From: a virus
IMG/VR virus record: IMGVR_UViG_3300042558_005120
Span: 45,207 to 109,206 of that record
Reading direction: 5' to 3' (one strand)
Length of the DNA stretch: 64,000 nt
The notes beneath the pieces were generated by a model. It did no database searches. It saw only the letters and a list, made by a program, of their open reading frames with translations, and was not told the origin of the DNA. The first letter of the stretch is position 1; the number at the start of each line of letters is the position of its first letter. Shown here one piece after another: positions 45,844-55,737 of this stretch. The translations under genes were made by a program, and so were the position numbers.

Positions 45844-48800
45844 TTATATTGTTAGTGTTTTAATTGTATTTTTGTTGTAAACAATATTTTGTAACTCTTT
45901 GTTAATTACAGGAGTTGCGGTAGCAACAACTTGGCTTAATGATGTTTTCTTATATGCTGCACTTACTTGGATATCAAATGAGAAAACAGATTCGTCTTGT
46001 GAATAAACGTCTAAACCAATTCTTCTACTATATTGTAATTGTTTCGGATATACTGTTGTTCCATTATAACCTCCAACATATCCATTTCCAGCGCCACCGG
46101 CGGGGCCGTAATAGTCTTCCATTCGGAATTGGAAAATAATTGGAATTAGGATTGCATTATTATCCCCGGTTTCAACTTCTTTCTTGGAACGAGCATCTGT
46201 TCCGTCTACGTTTAATTGATTGAAAGTTGATGGCCCAACAAATAGATATGAACCGCAAGTCTGTTCACCAATCAAATAACGGTCGTCTGAGATGAATCCA
46301 AATTTATCTGGTAATTCGTTTAAACTGCTTGGAGAGTATGGTGTTGCTGTTGTTGTATTAGCTAAAAATCTTTGATAATAAGCTAGTTGTGGTGACCATT
46401 TTCCAGTTGACGATACACTAGAATTTACACCAAAGGCGTGGACGAATCTTGATACTGCTTCATTTGCTAATGGAAATCCAGTTGTTGTATCAATTGTAAC
46501 ATCTGGTGTTTGGAAGCTGTTAACACCTGATAGGTTAATAGCCGTTCCGCCATTTAAAGCAGGATGGTCAGTATGAATACAAAATGCAGAAACTGTACCA
46601 TTTCCGTTTGGTAATGTTCCAGTATAGCTTCCTCGCCAAATAAAAGGTTCAGTCCCGGTTCCAGGAACAGTTGGAACCAGTTTTCTATCAATTAACGTGG
46701 GCGTTTCAATGTAAAGAGGATTTAATAAACCAATATCAGTAAATCGACTAAACATAAATTGTCCGGTTGTTTGTCCACTTTGATAATATGCGGTTGTGTA
46801 TTTATTCGCATTATTAGTATCAGACGCACCTATACTTGTTTGAACAATTGGTGTTCGGTCATATTTACGGAATTTATTATAGTCGCTATCATTACTTGGC
46901 GCAAAAAGAGTACTTGAAATTGCAGCGTATGGAGAGCCCACGCCAAATGTTGGAATTGGTGGAGTTGAAGTACTTGTTAAAGTTGTTGGCAACGGCCCTC
47001 CGATTCCACCTGGAAATACAGAAACTAATTGTAAAGGTGTTGCTTCGCTATTTTGTATTGCAATTTGATAAGTTTTATTAACAATTGCACCTCTTTGCTC
47101 ATTTGCCGGCAATAAATCAACATAGTCTCGGTAGTATCCAGCAAATAGTTGAACAACATCTCCGGTATTGATTGCTACTTTAGCATTATTGTCTGGGTCA
47201 ATAATAAAAACTGCAATTTTTCCAGTAACTCTATTTAAACGGTCTTCTAACGTGGCAATTCTTGTTTCATATTCTTTGAGTTTTTCATATAAAGAAATAA
47301 CATTTCCCTCAGATGTATAGAAATTTGAAGAAACCACATCAGCATTATGTGCATAATATCTTTCGGCTGCATTGAACGAACTGCTCAGGTGTGTATATAA
47401 TCCTTGAGCCTGAAGGTCGGTTTCAACTCTAACAATAATAGATTCACTTGATGCTTCTTGAAGTGCAACTGTTGCTTCGTCTTCAGTAATCAAATCGGTT
47501 GGGAACTCAATTGAAATTGTTGCTGATGGCTCAGACAAAAGTGGATTTAATGGCCATCCCGCTTCTGAAACTGAAACAATATAAAATTCAACGGTTTCAC
47601 CTTTGCTAATCGGAATGTCTACTTGATTGATATTAATAATATCTGCATCTTCAACGTTTTCTTCAGCCCAAACGTATTTACCGGTCCCAATGTCGTAAAC
47701 CTTAGGTCTGATTTCCGATTTGACCATTTGCAAATTACTGTATGTTCCTCTTTTTACTTGTCCATTTTGATCTGTATATTCGTATTGTTTGACATTACTT
47801 TGACTGCCATCCGGGCGAACATACCGATAATAAGTATAGAATTGAATTACACTTTGTGAACCAGTTTTAGGATCGAGTTTTGGATTTGGAATTCCAAAAA
47901 AACCTCGGATTCTATATTTAGGTGAATCCAATGCTGCAGGTGCATCTTTTCCAATTGCAGTTAATTCATTAACAATCGAAGAATAAAGTGAAGATTTTGA
48001 GCCAAGTTCACGGATCAAACTATCCAAGTCATTTTTTACTGCTCTTCTTTCAGTATCTGAATTAAACTTTTGAGAATTAAGAGTTTCTTTCTTTTTATCA
48101 ATTGCCTTTTCCAATTCAACAATTTCTGAAGAAAGTTTAACTTTATCAGATTGTTTTTTTCTGATACTTTGAACAGTTGCTTGATCCAATTTATGGTCGT
48201 TGACTAAAACTACACTAAAATTAGTAGCGTCAACCACCGGTGCATCTGGGGTCAATCCATCAACTGCAGAGATTTGATTTTCTTTTGCCTGACTTAATAG
48301 TAAATTTCCAAAATCTAAAACATTATCTTGGTAAAATTTTTGCATTGTTACCTGTCCAGTTTCACCGTCAATATTTAAATCATTTGTTGAGAACGAAATA
48401 CCAGGAGAGTAAATAGTTGAAATAAGATTTTCCTCATCATTCACGGTTCGGAAAAATACAACCAGACTTTCATTAAATCCAATACCTACATTTACCGTTT
48501 TGGGTGAAAAGGTCTCAGAGTAATATTCAATAGATTCTCCAACTACGATTGGGTCATATCCACTTAACCTGCGTAATCTAACAAATTTTGTACTTGCATC
48601 TATTTCGATAACTTCGTATAAAGATTCGGCTTTTATCATTCGGTCACCCGGACGTAAAACTTGTGTGTCCTTGGTCAATGATAAGTTATCTGTGTAAGTT
48701 AATTTGTTTAATAAATACCAACGTTTTGTTGAAGTTGTATTGTCCGGATTTGTAACGGTTCGGTCTTCAGAATTAACCACAACAAAATCACCCGAGAATC

Positions 48801-49437
48801 GAACAATTGAAAGCGGAAGGTCAATAACCTCATCATCTATAAAATAGTTGATACCGTTTTTCTGCAAGTCAACCATCAAAGAGACATAATCCAAGTTATT
48901 TCTACCTTTCAAATTGTCAGTATAATAAGCAACCTTTCGATCTGTATCAAGATTTAAAATCATTCTTTTAACATACACCTTTGACTCTTGCTGTGGTATA
49001 TAAGGTGTAACATCAAAACTTACTTTTAATGCCGGCGTATATAAACTTTCAAAAAACCAATTGTTCTCAGCAATAAATTTTGTCGGAACAGTAACTTGTC
49101 CAATTGGTTTTGGATTTTTAATGTATGCTGCTTGGTAGATTTTTTTAAACGAACCGTCCGGCATTCGGATGAAAGCGTCACTACCATCAAATCCCATCAA
49201 CTTCTGGATTGTTGTGTCAATTCGAGCAATGCTACTTTTTAGATATCCAAATGAAGGTATACTGTAAGTTTGCACCGTTCCATCGAGACCTGTTACACTT
49301 ATCTGTACGGTTTCTGAATTTGAAATCGTTGCAGTTTGAACTTGTTGAAGTGTAGTTAAAGCATTATTTTGCAATCGGATAAAATTTGCTAAAATCGTAG
49401 CAAAACTATTATCAGTTGTATTTGGATTTGTTGCCAT
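45844..49437 (-). CDS. Large virion structural protein with coiled-coil segments (1197 aa)
   Basis: Genomic context plus heptad stretches such as KLSSEIVELEKAIDKKKETLN. Confidence 0.6.
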   Translation of the reverse strand: MATNPNTTDNSFATILANFIRLQNNALTTLQQVQTATISNSETVQISVTGLDGTVQTYSIPSFGYLKSSIARIDTTIQKLMGFDGSDAFIRMPDGSFKKIYQAAYIKNPKPIGQVTVPTKFIAENNWFFESLYTPALKVSFDVTPYIPQQESKVYVKRMILNLDTDRKVAYYTDNLKGRNNLDYVSLMVDLQKNGINYFIDDEVIDLPLSIVRFSGDFVVVNSEDRTVTNPDNTTSTKRWYLLNKLTYTDNLSLTKDTQVLRPGDRMIKAESLYEVIEIDASTKFVRLRRLSGYDPIVVGESIEYYSETFSPKTVNVGIGFNESLVVFFRTVNDEENLISTIYSPGISFSTNDLNIDGETGQVTMQKFYQDNVLDFGNLLLSQAKENQISAVDGLTPDAPVVDATNFSVVLVNDHKLDQATVQSIRKKQSDKVKLSSEIVELEKAIDKKKETLNSQKFNSDTERRAVKNDLDSLIRELGSKSSLYSSIVNELTAIGKDAPAALDSPKYRIRGFFGIPNPKLDPKTGSQSVIQFYTYYRYVRPDGSQSNVKQYEYTDQNGQVKRGTYSNLQMVKSEIRPKVYDIGTGKYVWAEENVEDADIININQVDIPISKGETVEFYIVSVSEAGWPLNPLLSEPSATISIEFPTDLITEDEATVALQEASSESIIVRVETDLQAQGLYTHLSSSFNAAERYYAHNADVVSSNFYTSEGNVISLYEKLKEYETRIATLEDRLNRVTGKIAVFIIDPDNNAKVAINTGDVVQLFAGYYRDYVDLLPANEQRGAIVNKTYQIAIQNSEATPLQLVSVFPGGIGGPLPTTLTSTSTPPIPTFGVGSPYAAISSTLFAPSNDSDYNKFRKYDRTPIVQTSIGASDTNNANKYTTAYYQSGQTTGQFMFSRFTDIGLLNPLYIETPTLIDRKLVPTVPGTGTEPFIWRGSYTGTLPNGNGTVSAFCIHTDHPALNGGTAINLSGVNSFQTPDVTIDTTTGFPLANEAVSRFVHAFGVNSSVSSTGKWSPQLAYYQRFLANTTTATPYSPSSLNELPDKFGFISDDRYLIGEQTCGSYLFVGPSTFNQLNVDGTDARSKKEVETGDNNAILIPIIFQFRMEDYYGPAGGAGNGYVGGYNGTTVYPKQLQYSRRIGLDVYSQDESVFSFDIQVSAAYKKTSLSQVVATATPVINKELQNIVYNKNTIKTLTI

Positions 49438-49443
49438 CTTTAT

Positions 49444-49451
49444 TATTTATA
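49444..49451 (-). promoter_or_regulatory. Possible late promoter variant (CATATATAAATA, containing T4-type TATAAATA)
   Basis: Lies in the short gap before the ATG at 49437; the AT-rich context lowers significance. Confidence 0.35.
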
Positions 49452-49459
49452 TATGTATT

Positions 49460-51607
49460 TTAAAAAATATCAGCAGTAAACGTATAAGTTGCTGGGTCTA
49501 AGCAAACCAATTCAATCGTGGGTGCATTATTTCTGGATTCAAAATCTAAGTAAGAAACAAATGCAATTTCAGCTGAGTAAGGGAATCCCGTATTTAATTT
49601 GTCCAACGCATCTGAGTAGATAATAAAATTAAAACTTCCATTGCTGTTATCTAAATCGATTCCATTTGTAAATGAAATTCGAATTATTTGTCCTTTTTCC
49701 CAAGTCAATTGTGAGTCATCAATATAGACAATAACATCTCGGTCAACAATCAAAGGATTACCAGGTGAACCATCTGTAATTTTTAAATAATTACTAAATG
49801 TGTTTAGTTGATGTATATATGCGTAGTTAGTTGGGTTCGCTGCAAAGTCACTTAGGATACTTACTTGTGGACGAGTTCCAACATTAAACGCTTGATTGTT
49901 ATTAATTACCTTAACTTGTCCCGCTTGTGATTTGTCTAATGTAATTCCTTGTCCCGGAACTAAGATATCTAGGTTATAAGACATCTCAACCGAAGTTTTA
50001 TTTTGGTAAATGTTTGTGATTTCCTGGTAGTTTCTTTGGATTAAATTGAGTAAGTTTTGCGTGTTTGTATAAATTGCTGCATTGTCAGAAACCGAATCAA
50101 CTAATTCTGCAATTTGTAATTTAATCTCTTCTGCATTTTCATTTGTTAAGATAAATTCTTGAAGTTCACTGAATTTAATTTGCAAGTCACTAATTACTTG
50201 TTGATTTCCCGTTAATAAAGTAACAGCGGTCATCATCTCATTTAATGCCTCCATATACAATTCCAATGAATATGGATTGTAGTTATTAATGTTTGTCTCA
50301 ATTGCAGTATCTTGAGTATTGACATCAAATTTCAAATTAACTCTGAAAGAATACGAGTTTCCATTTTCACCTGTAAGTGAATTTGGTTTATATTTTGTCA
50401 AGCGTGGAATTACCCCGCCTCCTGCAGGTAGCGGATCAACATTGTCTAAGAAAAGAACACCAAACAAGTTGGTAGTACTGTTACTTGGATTTGCAGGGTC
50501 GTATAAATCATAATAGATTAGGACCGCATTAAAATCAAAAGTCTGAGCATTTGCAGTTTCGTTAAATGTTCCAAAATCTTTAGTTTGCAAACTACTGATT
50601 CCCGAATAAACTTCTGGTAAAAATTCAAGTGAAATACCGTCAAGTTTTGAGCGAGTATATTCAACTTCTTTATTGACACTTTCAATTTTAAATCGGTCAT
50701 TTGCCGAATTACCAAAAGAACTAGGTTCTAGGAAATAAGTATTTGCAATCGGATTACTAAACCACCATTGGAATCCTGGGTTACCGTTTTGCACCCAAGC
50801 GTTTAGTGTTGTATTGAAATAGTAATAATTGCCAGTTGCGCCAAATGGGTCGGTAACGGTAAAAGTAAACCCATCGCTATCATAAAACGCAAATGTGCTG
50901 AGTCCTGCAGGTTGGACTGAACTTGCATCCCTTCCAAAAAGATATTCAGCAGCTAAAGGATTTGCAGGTTGGTTTGTAAATATTTGCCCCGGACCGTAGT
51001 TGTTATCAGCAATTGCATTAAATAAAACTGTCGGCGTATTTCCGTGTGATGTCGGGATGTAAATATAAACTTCACTAAAAGCATTGATATTATTTTTAAC
51101 ATTGTTAATAATATTAATGTCTCCAATATAACGAACTACCTTTTTATAAGTCGGACTGTCGTTTTCTTCAACCCAACGAAGACCGTAAACACTTGATGAG
51201 ATTTCACCAGAAACTGCTTCACGGAAACGAATTGCGCCCATTTCCTTAAGCCACTTAAAGAAAACCCTTTCAGATACAGTTCTGTCTACTGTTGCATCAT
51301 ATTGTGGATTGCTGGCAATAATTGATTCCAGGTTCAAACAATAGTTTTGGAAACTTTCAGCAAAGTAATCGTTTTCAGTTTTTGAGCCGTCAATTTCGGT
51401 GTAAGCACCGGGTGTATTTGATAGCCCGATAAAGTTTTCGCCCAGAGCTGGGTTTCGAATATCTGGGATATTCAATAAAGAAAATTTTGAAAATTTAAAT
51501 TTCTTTTGCGAATTATTGAATGTTAATCCAAGATCTTCAGAAGCTGAAGAAAACGTGTAAAAAGTCCCACCCTGTAGGCGAATAGGTTTAATTAACGGTG
51601 CTATCAT
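49460..51607 (-). CDS. Virion structural protein (715 aa)
   Basis: First gene of the structural run after a TGATATATA motif; GGTFYTFSSASEDL N-terminus and a coiled coil. Confidence 0.6.
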   Translation of the reverse strand: MIAPLIKPIRLQGGTFYTFSSASEDLGLTFNNSQKKFKFSKFSLLNIPDIRNPALGENFIGLSNTPGAYTEIDGSKTENDYFAESFQNYCLNLESIIASNPQYDATVDRTVSERVFFKWLKEMGAIRFREAVSGEISSSVYGLRWVEENDSPTYKKVVRYIGDINIINNVKNNINAFSEVYIYIPTSHGNTPTVLFNAIADNNYGPGQIFTNQPANPLAAEYLFGRDASSVQPAGLSTFAFYDSDGFTFTVTDPFGATGNYYYFNTTLNAWVQNGNPGFQWWFSNPIANTYFLEPSSFGNSANDRFKIESVNKEVEYTRSKLDGISLEFLPEVYSGISSLQTKDFGTFNETANAQTFDFNAVLIYYDLYDPANPSNSTTNLFGVLFLDNVDPLPAGGGVIPRLTKYKPNSLTGENGNSYSFRVNLKFDVNTQDTAIETNINNYNPYSLELYMEALNEMMTAVTLLTGNQQVISDLQIKFSELQEFILTNENAEEIKLQIAELVDSVSDNAAIYTNTQNLLNLIQRNYQEITNIYQNKTSVEMSYNLDILVPGQGITLDKSQAGQVKVINNNQAFNVGTRPQVSILSDFAANPTNYAYIHQLNTFSNYLKITDGSPGNPLIVDRDVIVYIDDSQLTWEKGQIIRISFTNGIDLDNSNGSFNFIIYSDALDKLNTGFPYSAEIAFVSYLDFESRNNAPTIELVCLDPATYTFTADIF

Positions 51608-51636
51608 ATTATTACTATTTTAACGAATATTTAAGT

Positions 51637-51645
51637 TATATATCA
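51637..51645 (-). promoter_or_regulatory. Putative late promoter TGATATATA
   Basis: Between a terminator and the ATG at 51607. Confidence 0.6.
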
Positions 51646-51675
51646 TAGCCGCTACTCTATATCTTTTTTTAGAAA

Positions 51676-51711
51676 CAAAAAAAGTTGACAAATTTCAAAT
51701 CTGCCAACTTT
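51676..51711 (-). terminator. Rho-independent terminator closing the second leader-protein array
   Basis: - strand RNA AAAGUUGGCAGAU-loop-AUUUGUCAACUUU-UUUU; both mismatches are G-U pairs on this strand. Confidence 0.75.
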
Positions 51712-51771
51712 CGTTTGTTTTTTTATTTTTATTAGAGAGATGTTCTCATTCGTTTCACATCCGAGACAATT

Positions 51772-52110
51772 TTAACTATAAGATATTTCAATACCTTCTC
51801 CACCAGTACCATCTTCTAATACAATAGTTTCTCCATTTGAAAATTCTAACTGTACTTCATACAGATCTATTTTTACATTTTTAATAGCAGTATTTTTTAT
51901 TTGTGTTTCATCACCTGATGCAATATCTATATCTGCACCGCCAGCACACGCAAAAGATATATTTGTAGTAGGAGTTACTAAAACAAACTCACCTGACTTG
52001 GTTAAATATTGAGCCTTAATAATTTGCTTACCAGCGCTTATCAATTTTTTTTCTTCTGGTGAGTTGTTTGCTTCATTTAAGAAGCCGTCAAATGTTTGGA
52101 TGTGTTTCAT
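51772..52110 (-). CDS. Leader-bearing hypothetical protein
   Basis: Leader MKHIQTFDGFLNE. Confidence 0.7.
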   Translation of the reverse strand: MKHIQTFDGFLNEANNSPEEKKLISAGKQIIKAQYLTKSGEFVLVTPTTNISFACAGGADIDIASGDETQIKNTAIKNVKIDLYEVQLEFSNGETIVLEDGTGGEGIEISYS

Positions 52111-52121
52111 TATATGTTTTC

Positions 52122-54074
52122 TTATTTTTGTTTATAGAACCAGCCCTTTTTTATAAGATCCATCAATTCCTTATCAGTGGCAGACCAATATTGATAATCG
52201 CCGTACTTATCTGCGCCAGCAAATTCATGAGTGCCTCCACTTTTGCCTTGCCAAAATATACAAGCTATCCAAGCCTCAGACCATTCGTCATCGTAAAAAA
52301 TATATTCTTGCCCTGCTATAAATTCATTAGGACTCTTAATTGGGTCTCCAAAATCGCTTTGGTCATAACCCTCAGGATAAATTTCCTTTCCTTGGAATTT
52401 TGCAACACCAAATGCTTCATTTAAGAAGCTTTCAAAATCTTGTATGTGTTTCATATTGTTTTGTTTTTTTTCAAGTAATTTAGCATAATTTTCATTAGCT
52501 GTAGTTTTCATATCCCTTAAGGCTTTAGCTTTAATTCTTTCCTGGTAGTCTTTATTATCCTTCGCAAGTTCTACGTTTCTTTTAATGTATTCTTTAAATG
52601 GAATTAAATGCTTTAACTCATTATCAATTCGCATCTTATTAATTTTCATATACATTATTTCTTGTGCCTTAACCATGGCAGCTTCTTTTGGATCTTTTAG
52701 GTCGATTGGCACAAAATCCATAAGAGTACTTGTTAATATGACTTTCTTTTTACCATTTGGCATTGCCACCGGAACCGTTTCATCCGCAATCTGTTTTGCA
52801 ATCTTCGGGTCTATTCCTCTAAAAAGACTTTTTGATGTAGTATCCTTTATATCTTTGACCTCTTCTTCAGCTTTTTTAGATTCTTCGCCTACTTTCTTTT
52901 TGCCCGACTTTACTCTTTTTTCTTCTTCTTTAACAATATTTTTTAATGCGTCAAAAGTTTTTTGATTGTCTTTATCGGCGTTAATTATTATAGGTTCGTT
53001 TTGCTTAACGTACTCGTCTTTAACTTTCACATAATATGTTGAATTATCATCATCAAGACCCATACTTTTAGTAAAGTTTTCTATCCACTCGTCATCAATG
53101 GAAGTTTGTTTAAATACCTTTGGATCCATGGATTTTTTCAATAACGCCATTATATCTTTCTTCTTAATAGGCTTTCCTGGTTGACCTGCACTTTCTGATG
53201 GTTCTTTTTTTGTGAATTCAAATTTTTGTGCATAATCATCAAATACGTGCTTTGGATCTCTTGGGTCATCCTTCTCTCTTCTTTCAATATTTTCTACTAG
53301 CTTATCCATAGGAGCGTGTAAAAGAACCGTTTTTGTAGAGCCATCTGGTAGAAAATGAGAAACATCTCCAGATATATCATCGAAAATAATATTTTTATTC
53401 TTACTCTGCTTATACTCCTGCATCATAAAAAAACGATGTGGCTCCCATTCACGAAATTCTTGTCCCTTTTCTTTTGCTTTTTTCTTTGCAGTATCCCAAT
53501 CAGGATGGTTTCTCGCAGGCTTGGGCCATTCTTTGAGTTGAGCTCCATATCTTTCGGATTCTTTTCTTAATGCATTAATTCTTTCTTCTGTTAAATCGCT
53601 GCCGTCATCTTCCTTCCCAGATTTTAGTTTTTTATCGGCATCGGACTTCCACCCTGTAACTAATTCTTTATAATCTTTTCCAATATGAGCAAAAGTGTCG
53701 CCGTATTTCTTTGAGAATGCCCTTTCCTCATCTGTATAGAATGAATCATTCTTTTCTAATTCCCATCTAGCCTGATTTTCTGGAGAATTTGGATCATTAA
53801 GCTCAGCGTCACCCCAATAATCGTCAAGTGCAATAGTCTGATATTCATCATCGGCGTAATCTTCTTTTACAAAATTGCCGTCATTGTCCTTTATATAATT
53901 GCCGTCTTTGTCCTGTTTCCAGCGAGTTTTTGTTTTTATTCCTGAGTTCTTCGCAGTGTACGACTTTCCAGCAGAACTTGTACCATCCAAAGTTATGGCT
54001 ACTCTTTCACTATCGTCTATAGATTTTTTGTTCTTTTCTACAATATATTGCTCGAATAGTTTTACGTGTTTCAT
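52122..54074 (-). CDS. Leader-bearing P-loop kinase-like protein fused in frame to a second leader-bearing module
   Basis: Leader MKHVKLFEQYIVE; Walker A DGTSSAGKS, IIFDD; internal MKHIQDFESFLNE at residue 541 (ATG at 52454). Confidence 0.7.
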   Translation of the reverse strand: MKHVKLFEQYIVEKNKKSIDDSERVAITLDGTSSAGKSYTAKNSGIKTKTRWKQDKDGNYIKDNDGNFVKEDYADDEYQTIALDDYWGDAELNDPNSPENQARWELEKNDSFYTDEERAFSKKYGDTFAHIGKDYKELVTGWKSDADKKLKSGKEDDGSDLTEERINALRKESERYGAQLKEWPKPARNHPDWDTAKKKAKEKGQEFREWEPHRFFMMQEYKQSKNKNIIFDDISGDVSHFLPDGSTKTVLLHAPMDKLVENIERREKDDPRDPKHVFDDYAQKFEFTKKEPSESAGQPGKPIKKKDIMALLKKSMDPKVFKQTSIDDEWIENFTKSMGLDDDNSTYYVKVKDEYVKQNEPIIINADKDNQKTFDALKNIVKEEEKRVKSGKKKVGEESKKAEEEVKDIKDTTSKSLFRGIDPKIAKQIADETVPVAMPNGKKKVILTSTLMDFVPIDLKDPKEAAMVKAQEIMYMKINKMRIDNELKHLIPFKEYIKRNVELAKDNKDYQERIKAKALRDMKTTANENYAKLLEKKQNNMKHIQDFESFLNEAFGVAKFQGKEIYPEGYDQSDFGDPIKSPNEFIAGQEYIFYDDEWSEAWIACIFWQGKSGGTHEFAGADKYGDYQYWSATDKELMDLIKKGWFYKQK

Positions 54075-54087
54075 AATGTTTTGTTTC

Positions 54088-54456
54088 TTAAAATAAGTCT
54101 TCTATTTTAAGAAGGTCGTTTTGTGTTTTTGCAGATACTGCAGAAAAAGTCATTTTCTTTCCTGTCCTTGGATCTGGCTTTTCAAAACTTGTCATAAACG
54201 TAAACTTTGAACCGACAAATATTTCATCAATCTCATCGTTAGCACTTTCAGGAAGACTCTTTGATAAGTCGCCCATTGTACCACCTGTTGGATAATATCC
54301 AATCAATAATCTATGGTCCTCAACAAAAAGGGCTATTCTTCGTTTGCTTTTTGGTACAAGACTTTCAATAAAAGCCTGGAATTTTGGAAACTGGTTAGGC
54401 GTTATTGCACCAGCTGCTTCGTTTAAAAAGCTTTCAAATGTTTTAATATGTTCCAT
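54088..54456 (-). CDS. Leader-bearing hypothetical protein
   Basis: Leader MEHIKTFESFLNE. Confidence 0.7.
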   Translation of the reverse strand: MEHIKTFESFLNEAAGAITPNQFPKFQAFIESLVPKSKRRIALFVEDHRLLIGYYPTGGTMGDLSKSLPESANDEIDEIFVGSKFTFMTSFEKPDPRTGKKMTFSAVSAKTQNDLLKIEDLF

Positions 54457-54463
54457 AATTTTT

Positions 54464-54580
54464 TTAATTATTTGATATAGATTTTAGAACTTCAGAATTG
54501 CTTCTCATTCTTTTAAGTGTTTTGTTTGCTGATTTTTTGCTTTTAGTATAAAATTTTGCTTTTTTTCTATTTTTTGCCAT
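54464..54580 (-). CDS. Small basic peptide, 38 aa
   Basis: Below the track cutoff: MAKNRKKAKFYTKSKKSANKTLKRMRSNSEVLKSISNN; fills the gap between two array genes. Confidence 0.55.
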   Translation of the reverse strand: MAKNRKKAKFYTKSKKSANKTLKRMRSNSEVLKSISNN

Positions 54581-54601
54581 GTTTTTGTAAAAAGTATTTT
54601 T

Positions 54602-55018
54602 TTATTTAGCAGCAGAGCCCCATATATCGGTTCTGGTAATATCAATATCACCATCCCAACCCCAATCTTTAAACTCTTTTTCTATTTTTGCATAAATATC
54701 TGCATTGTTGACGTAGACTTCAGCTTTTTCCATTTTTGGATCATACGGTCCACCGTACTTATCAAATTCGCCATCTTGGTAAACGGATATTTTTTTTCCA
54801 TTTTTAAGAGTGCCTTGTACTGAAAAAGAAACAGCGTCAAATTCAATATCACCCGAAACAAGACCTAAGTCGTCAATTATTCCTTCAATATATTCTTGAA
54901 TAGTAGGGCCGGTTTGTGTAACCATAATTGGAGGATCAACCATATACGATACATTTCCAATTTTTCCTTGATTGCTTGACTCATTTAAAAATCCGTCAAA
55001 TGTTTTAATGTGTTTCAT
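54602..55018 (-). CDS. Leader-bearing hypothetical protein
   Basis: True start probably Met11 of the track ORF: MKHIKTFDGFLNE. Confidence 0.7.
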   Translation of the reverse strand: MKHIKTFDGFLNESSNQGKIGNVSYMVDPPIMVTQTGPTIQEYIEGIIDDLGLVSGDIEFDAVSFSVQGTLKNGKKISVYQDGEFDKYGGPYDPKMEKAEVYVNNADIYAKIEKEFKDWGWDGDIDITRTDIWGSAAK

Positions 55019-55031
55019 AGTTTTTATTTTT

Positions 55032-55724
55032 TTATTTATTTCTAGCATTTCCTAAAGCATCACCAAATTCTAATGCTACTCTCACTAATTTTTCAATTTC
55101 TAAATCAATTGATAAACATCTAAATTTCATTGTTGGCGCAAAAAGCATTGCAAAACCCCAACGGTGATGTCCGTCAATAATAAAGTTGTCATTTGATACA
55201 ACAGAATTTTTACTTTCAACAATTGCAATTGCTTTGGGTAAGCCATGCTCCAAAAATCCAATACATTCATCAAAATAGATTTGTTCTTGAATTGGTTTTA
55301 ATTTATTGGCAGGAATCGGTTCAAATTTTGCACTTACTTTATCGTCATCTTCAATACCATCCAATTTTCCGGCAGTCATAAAAACTTCAGCATTTGTTGT
55401 ATTGATAATCAAACCTTTTGTTGTGAAATCAGAATAAGGTTTATGGACATCTATCAACCCGTCAGTTAATTTATCTGCAAACAAACTCACATCTCCACCG
55501 GATAATACTGGCATATCCTTTCTTTTGGTTTTTCCTGTAACAACCCATTTTTGTAAAGTTAGAAAATTACGTTCAAATTCTTTTTGGTCAATCCATTCGA
55601 AATATCCTTTCTCTTCCATTAACTTCACAGCAGTTTTAAGGTCGATTTTTGCGACTTCATATTTACCAGCATCTCGTCCGCCGGCTTCCGCAATAAAACT
55701 TTCGAATGTTTTAATGTGTTTCAT
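55032..55724 (-). CDS. Leader-bearing ParB/Srx-fold protein
   Basis: Leader MKHIKTFESFIAE; LKPIQEQI, VSNDNFIIDGHHRW. Confidence 0.75.
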   Translation of the reverse strand: MKHIKTFESFIAEAGGRDAGKYEVAKIDLKTAVKLMEEKGYFEWIDQKEFERNFLTLQKWVVTGKTKRKDMPVLSGGDVSLFADKLTDGLIDVHKPYSDFTTKGLIINTTNAEVFMTAGKLDGIEDDDKVSAKFEPIPANKLKPIQEQIYFDECIGFLEHGLPKAIAIVESKNSVVSNDNFIIDGHHRWGFAMLFAPTMKFRCLSIDLEIEKLVRVALEFGDALGNARNK

Positions 55725-55737
55725 ATTTATATTTTTT

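Noticed and set aside
51650-51771. tRNA or structured ncRNA in the larger intergenic gaps (also 58562-58715 and 59205-59405)
   Set aside because: No cloverleaf or T-loop motif seen by eye; only terminator hairpins and promoter-like motifs.
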